Made by a program: the position numbers and the translations under genes. From Myxococcales bacterium (GTDB lineage Bacteria; Myxococcota_A; Polyangia; Polyangiales; DASUME01): a stretch of DNA of 64,000 nucleotides. Location: the NCBI GenBank assembly GCA_047601445.1, contig JASGJH010000001.1, positions 3,328,001-3,392,000 of the forward strand. The letters run 5' to 3'. Positions 29,315 to 39,802 of the stretch are shown here, piece by piece (within the stretch, counting starts at the first letter, position 1; each line of letters starts with the position of its first letter). A model generated the notes under the pieces. The model was not told the DNA's origin. It saw only the letters and a list, made by a program, of their open reading frames with translations, and did no database searches.

Positions 29315-30709
29315 TCAGCTCCGCTTCTGCTTCTTGCCGTTCTGACGCTGCTCTTGCTCGTTGTAGCGCGTGACGTCGTAGGCCCACGCAGGCACCGGCA
29401 CGCCACGCGCCTCGCAGTCGAGCCCATGTAGCAGCGCCGCGTCGCCGAAGAACTCGCGCTTGGCGATGTTTCCGACCTTGCCCTCGCGCAGGCGCTTCTG
29501 GACCGACAGCAAGAGCCGCATGCGTTCACGGATGCGCCGCGGCACCGTGAAGCGCGCCGCCATCTCTTCCACGAAGGCATCGAAGGCCAGGGCCGGATCG
29601 CGCTCGCCCTCCATGTACTCCTCGGCCGGCGATTGCAGCAGCGCAGCGAGTAGGATGGCGTCGTTCGGCAGGCGGTTCTGACCGGCGAGGCGATCCACGG
29701 CCCGCAACCTGCGCCAGGCCACGTCGCCCTCTTCGCCCACGTCGTCCAGGTAGGCCGCGAGCTCGGGGATCATCACCGAGAGCAAGCCCGTGTCCCACAA
29801 CAAGTAGAACGAGCGATGGGCCGCGCCACCGCGCAACAACCGCAAGATCTCCTCGAAGGTGCGCGGAGGGGAGGCACGGCTCACGGTCTGGCGCTGATCG
29901 ATCATGGCCTCGTAGAGGTCCGAGTCGATGCCCAGGTCGAGCCGCGCGCAGAACTTGATGGCCCGCAGGATGCGGATCGGGTCCTCGCGGAAGCGGATGG
30001 CCGGATCGCCGATGGTTCGCACGATGCGGGAGCGCACGTCGCGCACGCCCCCCACGTAGTCGATCACCTCGTCGGCCTCGATGTCGTAGAAGAGCCCGTT
30101 GATCGTGAAGTCGCGTCGGATGGCGTCTTCGTGGGGCTCACCGAACGCGTTGTCATGGCGGATCAGCAGGTCGGCGTCTTCGTCGACCGCGCGCTTGGCC
30201 GGCACGAGTCGCACGCCATCGCCCTCGTCGACCGCGTCGACGGCCACCTCGTCCTCACGCGGATCGCGTCGAAAGGTCGCGACCTCGATGATCTTGCCGC
30301 CCGAGAACAGCACATGGGCCAGGCGGAAGCGGCGCCCGATCACGCGGCAGTTTCGGAACAGCGCCCGCACCTCGTGGGGCCGCGCGCTGGTGGCCACGTC
30401 GAAGTCCTTGGGCTTCTGCCCCAGCAGCAAATCGCGCACGCCCCCGCCGACCAGGTAGGCCGCGTGTCCATTGCGCGTGAGGCGCTTGACGACCTTGGCA
30501 GCGTCGGGGTCGACGCGTTCTTTCGGGACGATGCCGCTGTAGCGCACGGGTTCGGGCACGCTGCGCTTCGTACCACGCCCGAGACGTTGTCGAGGCTCGG
30601 ACTGCACACGTGCGTCCTGGCGCGAGGAAAGACTTGCCGGACGTTCCGAAATTGCGTCGAAGCGGGACTCGCCCGCGAGCACTCCAGAATCGTGGTTTAA
30701 ACGAATCAA
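29315..30709 (-). CDS. pcnB: Poly(A) polymerase I
   Basis: YLVGGGVRDLLLG, KDFDVAT, NCRVIGRRFRLAHV (PAP signature), RRDFTING, EDPIRILRA. Start uncertain. Confidence 0.92.
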   Translation of the reverse strand: MIRLNHDSGVLAGESRFDAISERPASLSSRQDARVQSEPRQRLGRGTKRSVPEPVRYSGIVPKERVDPDAAKVVKRLTRNGHAAYLVGGGVRDLLLGQKPKDFDVATSARPHEVRALFRNCRVIGRRFRLAHVLFSGGKIIEVATFRRDPREDEVAVDAVDEGDGVRLVPAKRAVDEDADLLIRHDNAFGEPHEDAIRRDFTINGLFYDIEADEVIDYVGGVRDVRSRIVRTIGDPAIRFREDPIRILRAIKFCARLDLGIDSDLYEAMIDQRQTVSRASPPRTFEEILRLLRGGAAHRSFYLLWDTGLLSVMIPELAAYLDDVGEEGDVAWRRLRAVDRLAGQNRLPNDAILLAALLQSPAEEYMEGERDPALAFDAFVEEMAARFTVPRRIRERMRLLLSVQKRLREGKVGNIAKREFFGDAALLHGLDCEARGVPVPAWAYDVTRYNEQEQRQNGKKQKRS

Positions 30710-30742
30710 CCCATCAACCTGTCAAATACGGGCCCGTAGGCC

Positions 30743-31861
30743 ATGACTTCCGTAAGCTCCGCCGCCATGACGAACGCTGTAGTGCGACGCTTGGCTGGGC
30801 AGGTCCTGGTGGCCGGATTCCCGGGCACCGAGGCCCCCGAGGAACTTCTGCGCGCAACGGAACGCGGCGAACTCGGTGGCATTCTTCTATTTAAGCGAAA
30901 CCTTGGGCAAATGCACGAAGTGGCCGCATTGGTGGCTCGCTTCGTCGAACGGACGCCCCACGATTCCCCACTCCTCGTGGCGGTGGACCAGGAGGGCGGG
31001 CGCGTGGCTCGGCTGCCCGCGCCGGTGGTTCGTCTGCCCCCCATGGCCAAGCTCGCGGCGCTCGGCGATCTGGAGCTCACCGAGCGCGCCGGGAGGTTGC
31101 TCGGCAGCCAGCTGGCCGCCCTCGGATTCAATATGAATTTCGCGCCCGTGCTGGATGTGAACACCAACCCGGCCAACCCCGTGATCGGCGATCGCTCGTT
31201 CGGCGCCGAGGCCCCCCAGGTGATCGCACAGGCGCTGGCCTTCGCGCGCGGCCTGGAGGCGCCCGGCGGGGTGCTCAGCTGCGGCAAGCACTTCCCGGGA
31301 CATGGTGATACCGACCTCGACTCCCATCTTGCCCTACCTCGCCTGGCCCACGATCGCGAGCGTCTCGATCACGTCGAATTGGCCCCCTTCCGCGCGGCGC
31401 GCGGCCAGCTCGCGGCCCTGATGACGGCGCATGTGGTCTTCGAAGCCCTGGCTCCCGGTGTGCCTGCGACACTCGCCCCCCAAGTAGTCACCGATCTGTT
31501 GCGTGGGGAGCTCGGTTACGACGGACTTGTGATAAGCGACGACCTCGAAATGAAAGCCATCGCGGACCATTACGGCGTGGAACAAGCCGCTTGCCTTGCC
31601 ATCGAGGCCGGCTGCGACACGCTGCTCGTGTGCTCTCGCCTCGACTGGCTTGCGCGCGCCCAGCATGCGCTCGCAGAAAAGGCAGCTACGGATCTTCGCT
31701 TCAGGCAACGCTTGGAAATTGCCGCAGAGCGCTCGCAGCGCGTGCGTGCCCAGAGAGCCCCCGCTCCCGTGACCTCGCCTGCTCAACTCGAGCAGGCCTT
31801 GGCCGTCGAAGCCGCGCACGAGCTAGCGCGCGAGATCGACGAGCGAATCCAGCGGGCGTGA
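30743..31861 (+). CDS. nagZ: Beta-N-acetylhexosaminidase (GH3)
   Basis: VDQEGGRV, FAPVLD, KHFPGHG..DSH, ISDDLEM. Confidence 0.93.
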   Translation: MTSVSSAAMTNAVVRRLAGQVLVAGFPGTEAPEELLRATERGELGGILLFKRNLGQMHEVAALVARFVERTPHDSPLLVAVDQEGGRVARLPAPVVRLPPMAKLAALGDLELTERAGRLLGSQLAALGFNMNFAPVLDVNTNPANPVIGDRSFGAEAPQVIAQALAFARGLEAPGGVLSCGKHFPGHGDTDLDSHLALPRLAHDRERLDHVELAPFRAARGQLAALMTAHVVFEALAPGVPATLAPQVVTDLLRGELGYDGLVISDDLEMKAIADHYGVEQAACLAIEAGCDTLLVCSRLDWLARAQHALAEKAATDLRFRQRLEIAAERSQRVRAQRAPAPVTSPAQLEQALAVEAAHELAREIDERIQRA

Positions 31862-33222
31862 TGGGCCGCTGGCTCCTCAGCGCCTGCCTCGGGCTCATGC
31901 TCGGTTTCTGGGGAGATTTGCCCCAGGCGCGGGCGCAGGCGCAGGGCGGCTTCACCAGCAACAACTATTCGATCGATCTGTTTACCGGACCGGTGGTGGC
32001 GGGCGGACGCATTCGCGGCATGGCGGGCGCGTACGCCGCGATTGCGTCGGGCATCGACGGCTCGGTGTTCAATCCCGCGGGTTATGCCGAACGCGTGGAG
32101 TCGGAGATCAACTGGTGGGAGTGGGAGCTCACAGGCAGCCTCTCGCTCGGCGGTATCTTCCACGACAACGACTTCGACAACAACGGCCACGATGACCTCA
32201 GCAGCGCCGACGCCTTCTCCGTGGGCCTCGGCGGTCGCATGCAGTTCGGCCACGTGGGTACCGGTCTCTCGGCCGTGGCTCAGACCTTCACGCTCAAGGA
32301 TGCCTCCGACAAGGCCTTCGCCGACGTGGTGCTCACCAACCTGCGCGCAGGCGGCGGTTATGCCTTCCTCGACGGTGATCTGGTGGTCGGCGCCACGTTA
32401 CGCGGCGTGATCCTGCAGGTCGATAGCCCGACCGGAGCCCAGCAAACCCTGGTGAACTTCTTCGGCCTCGGCGCCGAATTCGGCGTGCTCGCCCGCCCCG
32501 CCCACGAACGCTATCGCGCGGGCCTCGCAGTTCGCACGCCGATCGAATCGCGCCCCAACAACTCGGGCGAAGTGGTGAACGGCCTGCGCACCGCCCAGGG
32601 CCTGGTGCTGCCCGAACGCGTGCACGTGCCCTGGGAGCTCGACCTCGGCTTCGCCTACCAGTTCGGCGAGCGCCGCACGAACGTGCCCTGGCGGGAGACC
32701 ACGGGCATCCGCACGAACCTGCAACGGCAGCTGGCCAACGGCACCTATTTGCCGCCGCCGCTGTACGACGGTCCGGCCTACACCCCGATCCCGCACGACA
32801 ACCCCAAGGCTGCGTTGCGTCAGGCCATCGCCAACGATCGCGAGGCCGAGCGTCGCTTGATCCGTAACCAGCCGAGACGTTACGTCCTCGTGTCAGGCGA
32901 TCTCATCCTCTACGGTAAGACCGACAGGGGCCAGGGTCTGACCTCGTTCCTCACCCAACAGCCCGAGACCTCCGGCGCCAAGAACTCGGTGGGCGTGCGC
33001 TTCGGTATGGAGAGCGAAGTGCTGCAGAACCGCATGAAGGTCCGCGCCGGCACCTACCTGGAGCCGAGCCGTTTTCAGCGTAGTTATTACCGGCCCCACG
33101 GCACACTGGGCTTCGACGTGCGACTGTTCGATCTGTGGCGCTGGTCGTTCCGCGGCACCGCCACCATCGATGCGGCACCGCGCTTCTTCGACTGGGGCGC
33201 CGCCATCGGTATCTGGCGTTAA
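31861..33222 (+). CDS. Outer-membrane beta-barrel protein (FadL/OmpP1-like N-terminus)
   Basis: Signal peptide; RIRGMAGAYAAIA..NPAG hatch motif; alternating beta strands; terminal aromatic. Confidence 0.65.
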   Translation: MGRWLLSACLGLMLGFWGDLPQARAQAQGGFTSNNYSIDLFTGPVVAGGRIRGMAGAYAAIASGIDGSVFNPAGYAERVESEINWWEWELTGSLSLGGIFHDNDFDNNGHDDLSSADAFSVGLGGRMQFGHVGTGLSAVAQTFTLKDASDKAFADVVLTNLRAGGGYAFLDGDLVVGATLRGVILQVDSPTGAQQTLVNFFGLGAEFGVLARPAHERYRAGLAVRTPIESRPNNSGEVVNGLRTAQGLVLPERVHVPWELDLGFAYQFGERRTNVPWRETTGIRTNLQRQLANGTYLPPPLYDGPAYTPIPHDNPKAALRQAIANDREAERRLIRNQPRRYVLVSGDLILYGKTDRGQGLTSFLTQQPETSGAKNSVGVRFGMESEVLQNRMKVRAGTYLEPSRFQRSYYRPHGTLGFDVRLFDLWRWSFRGTATIDAAPRFFDWGAAIGIWR

Positions 33223-33339
33223 CCTTGCTCGCTGGCTCACTTCCGCGCGGCGCGCCCGGCGCCGGGAATGTGCCAAATACGGGCGTCCCCCCGTCTAGCG
33301 ATTGCAAGTTTCCCGGCTTGAAACTAGGCTCGAATTAAG

Positions 33340-35127
33340 TTGCAGGTATTCGGTAATACCCAAGGGCTGTCACCATCCGAACTCCACGCGCTCGAGCGCC
33401 TCTATCGCCGACGCGTCCCTGCAGATCAGCTCGTCACCCAGGAACTCACCCGCTCCCTGAGCGAGGTGTCCCACACCACCGGCCGTCAGGTCGGCGTGCT
33501 CATCAATCGCACGGGTGCGGTCGAGTTCGTGATTGTGGGCGACGCCACCAAGCTGATGCTGCCAGATCTGGGCCGTTTGCGCGGCACGGCGGGGCGCTTC
33601 CGGGGTGTACGCTTGGTGCATACGCACCTGCGCCGCGAGCTTCTGACCCGTGACGATCTGGTGGACCTGACGCGTCTGCGCCTCGATCTGGTGGCAGCCA
33701 TTTTGCTGGCCCCGGACGGCAGCCCGCAGCAGGTGCAGTACGCACACTGCGTGCCCACGCATCCGAATAACGTCGACGGCAAGGCGGGCGAAGAGCAGCA
33801 GCCGTTCCGGCAAGTGGGTCCCATCCCCTATTTCAAGCTGGATCTGAACCCCGCTCAGCTGATCGCGGCGCTCGAAGAGGAGTTCGCACGCATCGCGCGC
33901 ACGCGGCGCATCACGGCCAAGGACGGACGCGCGATCTTGGTGCACGTCTGCGACAAGCGACATGCCCATCAAGCCCAAGCCTCGCTCAACGAGCTCAAGG
34001 AGCTCGCGCGCACGGCGGGCGTCGAAGTGGCCGACGTCATTTTGCAGGTGCGCGACCAGGTCGATCCCAAGTTCGTGCTGGGTCGCGGCAAGCTGGAAGA
34101 CGTGGTGCTGCGTTCGATGCAGCTCGACGTGGAAGTGCTGATCTTCGACCGCAACCTGTCGCCCGCGCAGGGCACGGCGATTGCCCAGGTCACCGATCTC
34201 AAGGTGCTCGACCGCACCCAATTGATCCTCGACATCTTCGCGCAGCGCGCGGAGAGCCGCGACGGCAAGCTCCAGGTCGAGCTTGCACAGATGCGATACC
34301 TGCTGCCTCGCCTCGGACAAAAAGACGACTCGCTCTCGCGCCTTACGGGCGGCATCGGCGGTCGCGGTCCCGGTGAGACGAAGCTCGAGATCGGGCGCCG
34401 CCGCGCGCGCGAACGCATCACGTATCTCGAGCATCAGCTCAAGCAGACGGCCCGTCAGCGCAAGGAGCGCCGCCGCAAGCGCGCGCGCCACGATGTGCCC
34501 ATCGTGGCCATCGTCGGGTACACCAACGCTGGCAAGAGCACGCTGCTCAATACCCTCACCGAGTCGAGCGTACTGTCCGAGGACAAGCTCTTCGCCACCC
34601 TCGACACGCGCTCGCGACGGCTCAAGTTCCCGCGCGAGCAAGAAGTCGTCATCACCGACACAGTGGGCTTCATCCGCGATCTCCCCAAGGAGCTGTTTTC
34701 CGCGTTCCGAGCCACCTTCGAAGAGGCCCAGGACGCGGACCTCCTGTTGCATGTGATCGACTCGGCTGATCCGAATATCGCCGAACACATCGCGACCACC
34801 GAGAAGCTGCTCGAGGAGCTCGAGCTCGATCAGGTGCCGCGCTTGGTGGTCTACAACAAGGCCGACTGCCTGCCGCCCGACGAGGCCGGCGCCAAGGCGC
34901 GCGAGCACGACGGCGTCGCGGTAAGCGCGCTCGACAAGAACACGCTGCGTCCCCTGCTCGAGCGCATGGAGCACATGTTGTTCGTGGCGCGCGGACACAG
35001 CACGAGCCTGCTCGACTTCGATGACGCGGGGCACGAGCACGCGGGGCACGAGCAGACCGAGCACGACCAGCCCGTCCATGAGCTGAACGAGGACTTTGAG
35101 GGCTTCGGCGCACAAGCCGAGGAGTGA
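33340..35127 (+). CDS. hflX: GTPase HflX with long N-terminal extension
   Basis: [52 protein letters not shown]. Confidence 0.95.
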   Translation: MQVFGNTQGLSPSELHALERLYRRRVPADQLVTQELTRSLSEVSHTTGRQVGVLINRTGAVEFVIVGDATKLMLPDLGRLRGTAGRFRGVRLVHTHLRRELLTRDDLVDLTRLRLDLVAAILLAPDGSPQQVQYAHCVPTHPNNVDGKAGEEQQPFRQVGPIPYFKLDLNPAQLIAALEEEFARIARTRRITAKDGRAILVHVCDKRHAHQAQASLNELKELARTAGVEVADVILQVRDQVDPKFVLGRGKLEDVVLRSMQLDVEVLIFDRNLSPAQGTAIAQVTDLKVLDRTQLILDIFAQRAESRDGKLQVELAQMRYLLPRLGQKDDSLSRLTGGIGGRGPGETKLEIGRRRARERITYLEHQLKQTARQRKERRRKRARHDVPIVAIVGYTNAGKSTLLNTLTESSVLSEDKLFATLDTRSRRLKFPREQEVVITDTVGFIRDLPKELFSAFRATFEEAQDADLLLHVIDSADPNIAEHIATTEKLLEELELDQVPRLVVYNKADCLPPDEAGAKAREHDGVAVSALDKNTLRPLLERMEHMLFVARGHSTSLLDFDDAGHEHAGHEQTEHDQPVHELNEDFEGFGAQAEE

Positions 35128-35206
35128 GCGTCGCTTCACGGGAGGGGCTCGCGCTCTCCTGCCCTAGCCGCAATGGGACCCACCCCTCCGCGGGTCTTCT
35201 CGGCCG

Positions 35207-36745
35207 CTATTTCGCCTTGGGCTTGAGGCCCACGCGACCGTCCTTCACCACGACCTCGAAATCGATGCTCTTGCCCTGATGCTTCTTCTGCAGCTCGGGC
35301 AGCATCTTCTGAATGCTCGAGACCATGTGGTCGAAGCGAACCTCGCCCTCGTTGTTGCGGCGGCGCGCAGAGGTGTACTCGTCGTAGATGCGCTTGAGGC
35401 GCTCCTCGTTCGGCACTTGCGTGTCGGCCCGCGAGGCCTGGGCCGTGGGGGCGCTGGGCTGAGCGGGGCGCGCGGGCGCACCCGCATTGGGCAAGCGGAA
35501 GGTGGCGCTCGGCGTGGGCTTGGCGAAGGCGGGAGCGGGCTCGGGAGTCGCCGGCGTGGGCTTGGGGGCGGAAGCCCCGGTGGGCGCGAGGGGGGCCGGC
35601 TTGGGCCCAGCGGGAGCGGGGCGCAGGACAGAGCCGGCGGGCGCCGTGGGGGCAGGACGCGGGACGGTGCCCGTCGCGGCGGGCGCCATGGGGGCCGGAT
35701 GCGGGACCGCCGTCCCGCTGGCAGCAGGCTCCGCAGGCGCCGAGCGGGGCAACGAGGTCGTTCCCGTGCCACCAGTCTCCGTGGGGGCAGGACGGGGTAG
35801 CGAGGTCGTTCCCGTGCCAACAGCCTCCGTGGGAGGAGGACGGGGCAGCGAGGTCGTCCCGGTGCCGCCGGGCTCGGTGGGCGCCGGCCGGGGCGCCGAG
35901 AGCCCCGTGGCCGTAGGAGCAGTGGGCGCGGGACGGGGTGCCGAAATCCCCGTGGCCGCGGGGGCCGTGGGCGCTGGGCGCGGTGCCGAGACCCCCGGGG
36001 TGGTCGGAGCGGGCCTGGGCGCAGAGCTGACTGGGCCGGGAACCGGCGGCGGCGGCCTGGGCAGGGACGAGTTGGGTCCCGCTGGCGGCGCACCCGGCAG
36101 CGATGCGCGCGACGGTGGAGGTGGCAACCCAGAGACCTTCGGCTGGGGACGCTGCGACACGCGGGGCGCGGGGCGCAATGTAAGCGAAGGCGGCTCGGAG
36201 AGCGCCCCGGGGCGCACCCTGGGTGCCGGCCTGGACTCGCGCCCAGCATTCGTGCGAGCCCGGGCCACCGGCGGCGGCAGGGTATCGAAGTCGGGTGAGT
36301 CCACCTCGCGCGCGAGCTCGTCCATCTCGAAGTCGCTCAGCAGATCGTCGACGCTCAGGCTCTCGTTGGGATCGAGCTCGTAGCTACGCGGCCCCGGTCG
36401 CTGTGAGTCGAGCTCGCGGCGACCGCGACCGGTGGCGTTGGCTCCCTTGCGCCGCATGCGCTGCAATTGCAGGCGATACGTCCCCTCCTCGATCTGCTTG
36501 GCGGTGCGGTGCCAGTAGTTCGCGAGGGTGGTGTAGCGCTGGTACAGCTGGTGATAGCGGAAGCGCAGCGCAGTGTTGCGCGGCAGCTCCTTGCGCATGC
36601 CGTAGACGCGGCGCTCCACATCCTTGCGAGCGACGTGAGGTTCGGTCTTCTCGTAGCCGCGGAACCAGTTCTCGTAGAGCGCACGCAGTCGATCGACGCG
36701 CGTCTCGAGATCGTTCAGCTGAAGTTCGAACTCTTTGGCGTCCAT
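35207..36745 (-). CDS. MXAN_5187-type protein with Pro-rich repeat linker
   Basis: N-term LYENWFRGYEKTEP..NTALRFRY..YW; C-term IDFEVVVKDGRVGLK. Confidence 0.75.
   Translation of the reverse strand: MDAKEFELQLNDLETRVDRLRALYENWFRGYEKTEPHVARKDVERRVYGMRKELPRNTALRFRYHQLYQRYTTLANYWHRTAKQIEEGTYRLQLQRMRRKGANATGRGRRELDSQRPGPRSYELDPNESLSVDDLLSDFEMDELAREVDSPDFDTLPPPVARARTNAGRESRPAPRVRPGALSEPPSLTLRPAPRVSQRPQPKVSGLPPPPSRASLPGAPPAGPNSSLPRPPPPVPGPVSSAPRPAPTTPGVSAPRPAPTAPAATGISAPRPAPTAPTATGLSAPRPAPTEPGGTGTTSLPRPPPTEAVGTGTTSLPRPAPTETGGTGTTSLPRSAPAEPAASGTAVPHPAPMAPAATGTVPRPAPTAPAGSVLRPAPAGPKPAPLAPTGASAPKPTPATPEPAPAFAKPTPSATFRLPNAGAPARPAQPSAPTAQASRADTQVPNEERLKRIYDEYTSARRRNNEGEVRFDHMVSSIQKMLPELQKKHQGKSIDFEVVVKDGRVGLKPKAK
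35610..36030 (-). repeat. Coding tandem repeats PRPAPT..(G/A)TG..S, about 14-17 aa period
   Basis: About 9 imperfect copies in the translation; the three central TGTTSLPR copies are 51 nt apart. Confidence 0.8.
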
Positions 36746-36773
36746 GGTTGTTTGCGAGCGCGACGACTCGCGT

Positions 36774-37403
36774 TCAGATCGGCGTGATCACCAGGTTGTC
36801 GAACCACAACTCGGACTGCCAGTTGTTGATGCCGAAGTGATCGTGGCCCACCCCCCAGAGAGGGTCCGGGTCGTTCATCTTGACCAGCATCTGGTCGTCC
36901 ACCCAAGCCGTAATGGTATCCCCTTGGCGCTCGATCTTCATGTGATAGGTGCGGCCTTTTTCGACCGGCCGACTGGGGCCCTCCACGCGGTCGGAGCCAT
37001 GCTCGTTCATTCGGGCCAGTACGTTCTTGGAGTTGTTCCAGCCACCGAAGATCACGACGTAGCTGGTGGCCGTGTAGCTCGCTTCGGTCGCCTTGGAGAC
37101 GCCGTCCCCGTAGATCTCGACCTTGATGTCCCCTTCGGGACTCTCGCTGCGTACGTCGAACTCGATGCGCGCATTGCGCGGCAGCGTACGTTTCAGCCAG
37201 AGCGGCTTGTTGCGGGCTCCGCGGACGCGCAGCTTACCGTCGACGATTTGGTAAGCGCCCCCGGTGTTGCGCCACAAAGGGCCGAGCTCCGCGCGCTCGA
37301 AGTCATCTCGAAAGGGCCCGCCGAGCGCAGGGTCACCACGCGGCACACAGGCCAGGACAGAGGCACACAACACACCGGCCAAGAGACGACGCATCCAGGT
37401 CAT
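36774..37403 (-). CDS. Lipoprotein with concanavalin-A/DUF1080-like domain
   Basis: Lipobox VLAC; FRDDFER, YHMKIER.G..I.AWVD, WFDNLVI. Confidence 0.7.
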   Translation of the reverse strand: MTWMRRLLAGVLCASVLACVPRGDPALGGPFRDDFERAELGPLWRNTGGAYQIVDGKLRVRGARNKPLWLKRTLPRNARIEFDVRSESPEGDIKVEIYGDGVSKATEASYTATSYVVIFGGWNNSKNVLARMNEHGSDRVEGPSRPVEKGRTYHMKIERQGDTITAWVDDQMLVKMNDPDPLWGVGHDHFGINNWQSELWFDNLVITPI

Positions 37404-37458
37404 AGGGCGGCAACTCTAGAAGAGAGCCGTCGGGCACACCAGCGGCGCCTACTCGAAC

Positions 37459-38646
37459 TCACTTGTCCGTGCAGCCGTCCTCGTCCTCGTCACGGCCGAT
37501 CTCTGCGGGCTCCAGAGGGCACTTGTCGTCCTCGTCGACAATCAGGTCGCCGTCGTTGTCGTCGTCAGCGCAGCCGTCCGCGTCCTGAAAGCCGTCGCGA
37601 TCCTCCGGCAAATGCTCGCATTGGTCTTCGCTGTCTGGCACGCCGTCCGCGTCCTGATCGTGTTTGCGCGGCGACCAGCCGAAGGCCCCGAGCACGCGCA
37701 GGTCCGGCGAGCCAATGGCCGGGCGAAACCCCGCGCCCACGCCCAAGGTGACGAAGAAGTCCCCGATCACCGCGCGATAGGCCAGGCGGCCCTCCACGGG
37801 TGTGGTGGGGCTGGCGAAGAAGTCCGTGGGGTTGGTGGCGACGTCGAGCTCCACCATTACGCTCTCCTGCAGCTTGCCGGGCAGCGCCCGCGCGATGACG
37901 GGCAGTGGCACGCGCAGGCCGAGCAACAACTGAAGCATGTTGGACAGCGAGCTGTCGCCGATACGGTCCGGGTCGAAGCTGTGCTGATAACCGAGCGCGC
38001 CGCCCAGACGGATGCCGAACATCTCGAGATCGCCGATGGCCGACACGGAGAGGCGCGTGCTGTTGTCGGCGAAATAGGAGTCGGAGGTGCCCACGGGTAG
38101 CTGCACGATGCCTCGCAGTGCCACTGCGGAGCCGTCGTTTACGCTGCCATCGGGACGCACTGGATTGCCGAACACGCGGATGCGACCTTCGATGGCGGGG
38201 TTGCCGGCCGCGGCGGGCGCCAGGGGCTTGCCAGGGACGTCATCGCCCTTCTGCACCATCACGAAGGGCATGCGCACGGCGAGCGCACCGCGCGTCATGA
38301 TGCCGAGCTGGGCGATGGCCGTGCCGTCGAAGCGCTGGTGAATGGGCGTGGGAGAGTTCGCGTAGTCGAGCCCATCGCGCGCCATGCTCGGATCGCTGAG
38401 CTTCATCGACGAGGTCTCGAGCGTGTTCAACGAGTAGTCGAGCCACAGCGTGGCATCGACTCCCCAGGGCCCCGGGGTACGCGTGCTCGGGAGCGCGATG
38501 AAGCCGGTCTGATCAGGCGCGGGCAAGAAGCCGTCGACGGGCACGTCCCCCGCGGCCGCGGGCAACGCTGGGACGCTCGTCAGTGCCAGGGCCACGAGCA
38601 CGCTGGAGGCCCGCCGCGCGAACAGGAAGAGATCGGTCGAAGTCAC
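37459..38646 (-). CDS. Outer-membrane beta-barrel protein with thrombospondin type-3 repeats, no OmpA domain
   Basis: Signal peptide; C-terminal DQDADGVPD..DQC..EDRDGFQDADGC..DNDGD..DKCP then stop. Start GTG 38646 inferred. Confidence 0.75.
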   Translation of the reverse strand: MTSTDLFLFARRASSVLVALALTSVPALPAAAGDVPVDGFLPAPDQTGFIALPSTRTPGPWGVDATLWLDYSLNTLETSSMKLSDPSMARDGLDYANSPTPIHQRFDGTAIAQLGIMTRGALAVRMPFVMVQKGDDVPGKPLAPAAAGNPAIEGRIRVFGNPVRPDGSVNDGSAVALRGIVQLPVGTSDSYFADNSTRLSVSAIGDLEMFGIRLGGALGYQHSFDPDRIGDSSLSNMLQLLLGLRVPLPVIARALPGKLQESVMVELDVATNPTDFFASPTTPVEGRLAYRAVIGDFFVTLGVGAGFRPAIGSPDLRVLGAFGWSPRKHDQDADGVPDSEDQCEHLPEDRDGFQDADGCADDDNDGDLIVDEDDKCPLEPAEIGRDEDEDGCTDK

Positions 38647-38670
38647 GGTGACGGACAGGATAGTCTTGTT

Positions 38671-38798
38671 AGCGGGGAGGTCACGCGACCTCCCCGCTCC
38701 GCGCGGCAAAGCCGCGCAGGGACACACCCCGCCGCGAGGTTCGCTGACGCTCACGAGTGCGCTCCATGTTCTCGAAAGAGGTCACGCGACCTCCCCGC
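38671..38798. repeat. Palindromic intergenic element family B (two copies here)
   Basis: AGCGGGGAGGTC-ACGC-GACCTCCCCGCT (12-bp arms) at 38671-38698; partial copy GAGGTCACGCGACCTCCCCGC at 38778-38798. Confidence 0.75.
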
Positions 38799-38833
38799 CC
38801 GTTCCGACCGTGGCCAGCCGCCACCCCGGCCAA

Positions 38834-39694
38834 CTAGGGAATCACCCGCAGGTTGCGACTCGCGCCCGTGTGCCGGGGGGCCTCTCCGATTCCGCTTCCG
38901 AAGGGATCGGCCCCCGGGTCCTCGGCCACGCTCAAGCCGAGCTTTTGCCACAGCCCCACGTCGAGGAGGTGGGACGCGCGCACGTTGCCCAGCGCGGCGA
39001 GGATGCTGTCCTTCACCTGCGGCGCCGTCTGCTCGAGGTTCGTGAGCAAGTTCTTCACCTGCTTGCGCATCAGGTTCTCCTGGGACCCGCACAGGTCGCA
39101 GGGCAAGATGGGGAACTTCAGGAGCTGCGCGAGCTCGGCAATCGTGGACTCGGCGGCGTAAAGCAACGGCCGAATCACCACGTTGCGGCCGTCGTCGCTC
39201 ACCAGCTTGGGCGGCATGCTCTTGATGGAGCCCGTGAACATCAAGTTGAGCAGCAGGGTCTCGATGGCGTCGTCGCGATGATGACCGAGCGCGATCTTGC
39301 TGCAGCCGAGCTCCTGGGCGGCGTTGTAGAGCACGCCGCGGCGCAGGCGTGAACACAAGGAACAATAGGTTTTCCCCTCGGGAACGTGCTCTTTTACGAT
39401 GCTGTAGGTGTCTTCGCGCAGGATCCGATAGTCGAACGCATGGTCCTTCAACCAGCTCTCGAGTGGGGAGCCGTCATAGCCGGGATGCCCCTGATCGAGG
39501 TGAACGGCGACGAGCGAGAACTCAATCGGGGCCTTTTTACGCGCCCTCTCGAGCAAATGGAGCAGCGTGTAGCTATCCTTGCCCCCGCTCATGCAGACCA
39601 TGATGCGATCTCCCGCTTCGATGAGCTTGAAGTCGGCGATGCAGCGGCCAAGCTCGCGGGCGAGCTCGTTTTCGAGCTTGTATTCGAGGGTCAT
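38834..39694 (-). CDS. ttcA: tRNA 2-thiocytidine(32) synthetase
   Basis: SGGKDS PP-loop, CSLCSRLRRG, GHHRDD, IRPL, CDLCGSQ. Confidence 0.95.
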   Translation of the reverse strand: MTLEYKLENELARELGRCIADFKLIEAGDRIMVCMSGGKDSYTLLHLLERARKKAPIEFSLVAVHLDQGHPGYDGSPLESWLKDHAFDYRILREDTYSIVKEHVPEGKTYCSLCSRLRRGVLYNAAQELGCSKIALGHHRDDAIETLLLNLMFTGSIKSMPPKLVSDDGRNVVIRPLLYAAESTIAELAQLLKFPILPCDLCGSQENLMRKQVKNLLTNLEQTAPQVKDSILAALGNVRASHLLDVGLWQKLGLSVAEDPGADPFGSGIGEAPRHTGASRNLRVIP

Positions 39695-39802
39695 GGGGGC
39701 AGCGGTGTGTAGCGGCCTAGTTACAATGTTTCAACCCGAGCGGGTAGAACAGGGCTCACGTGGGTTCCCCCATGCGGGCGCGCGTTGTATGGTGTCACGC
39801 TG

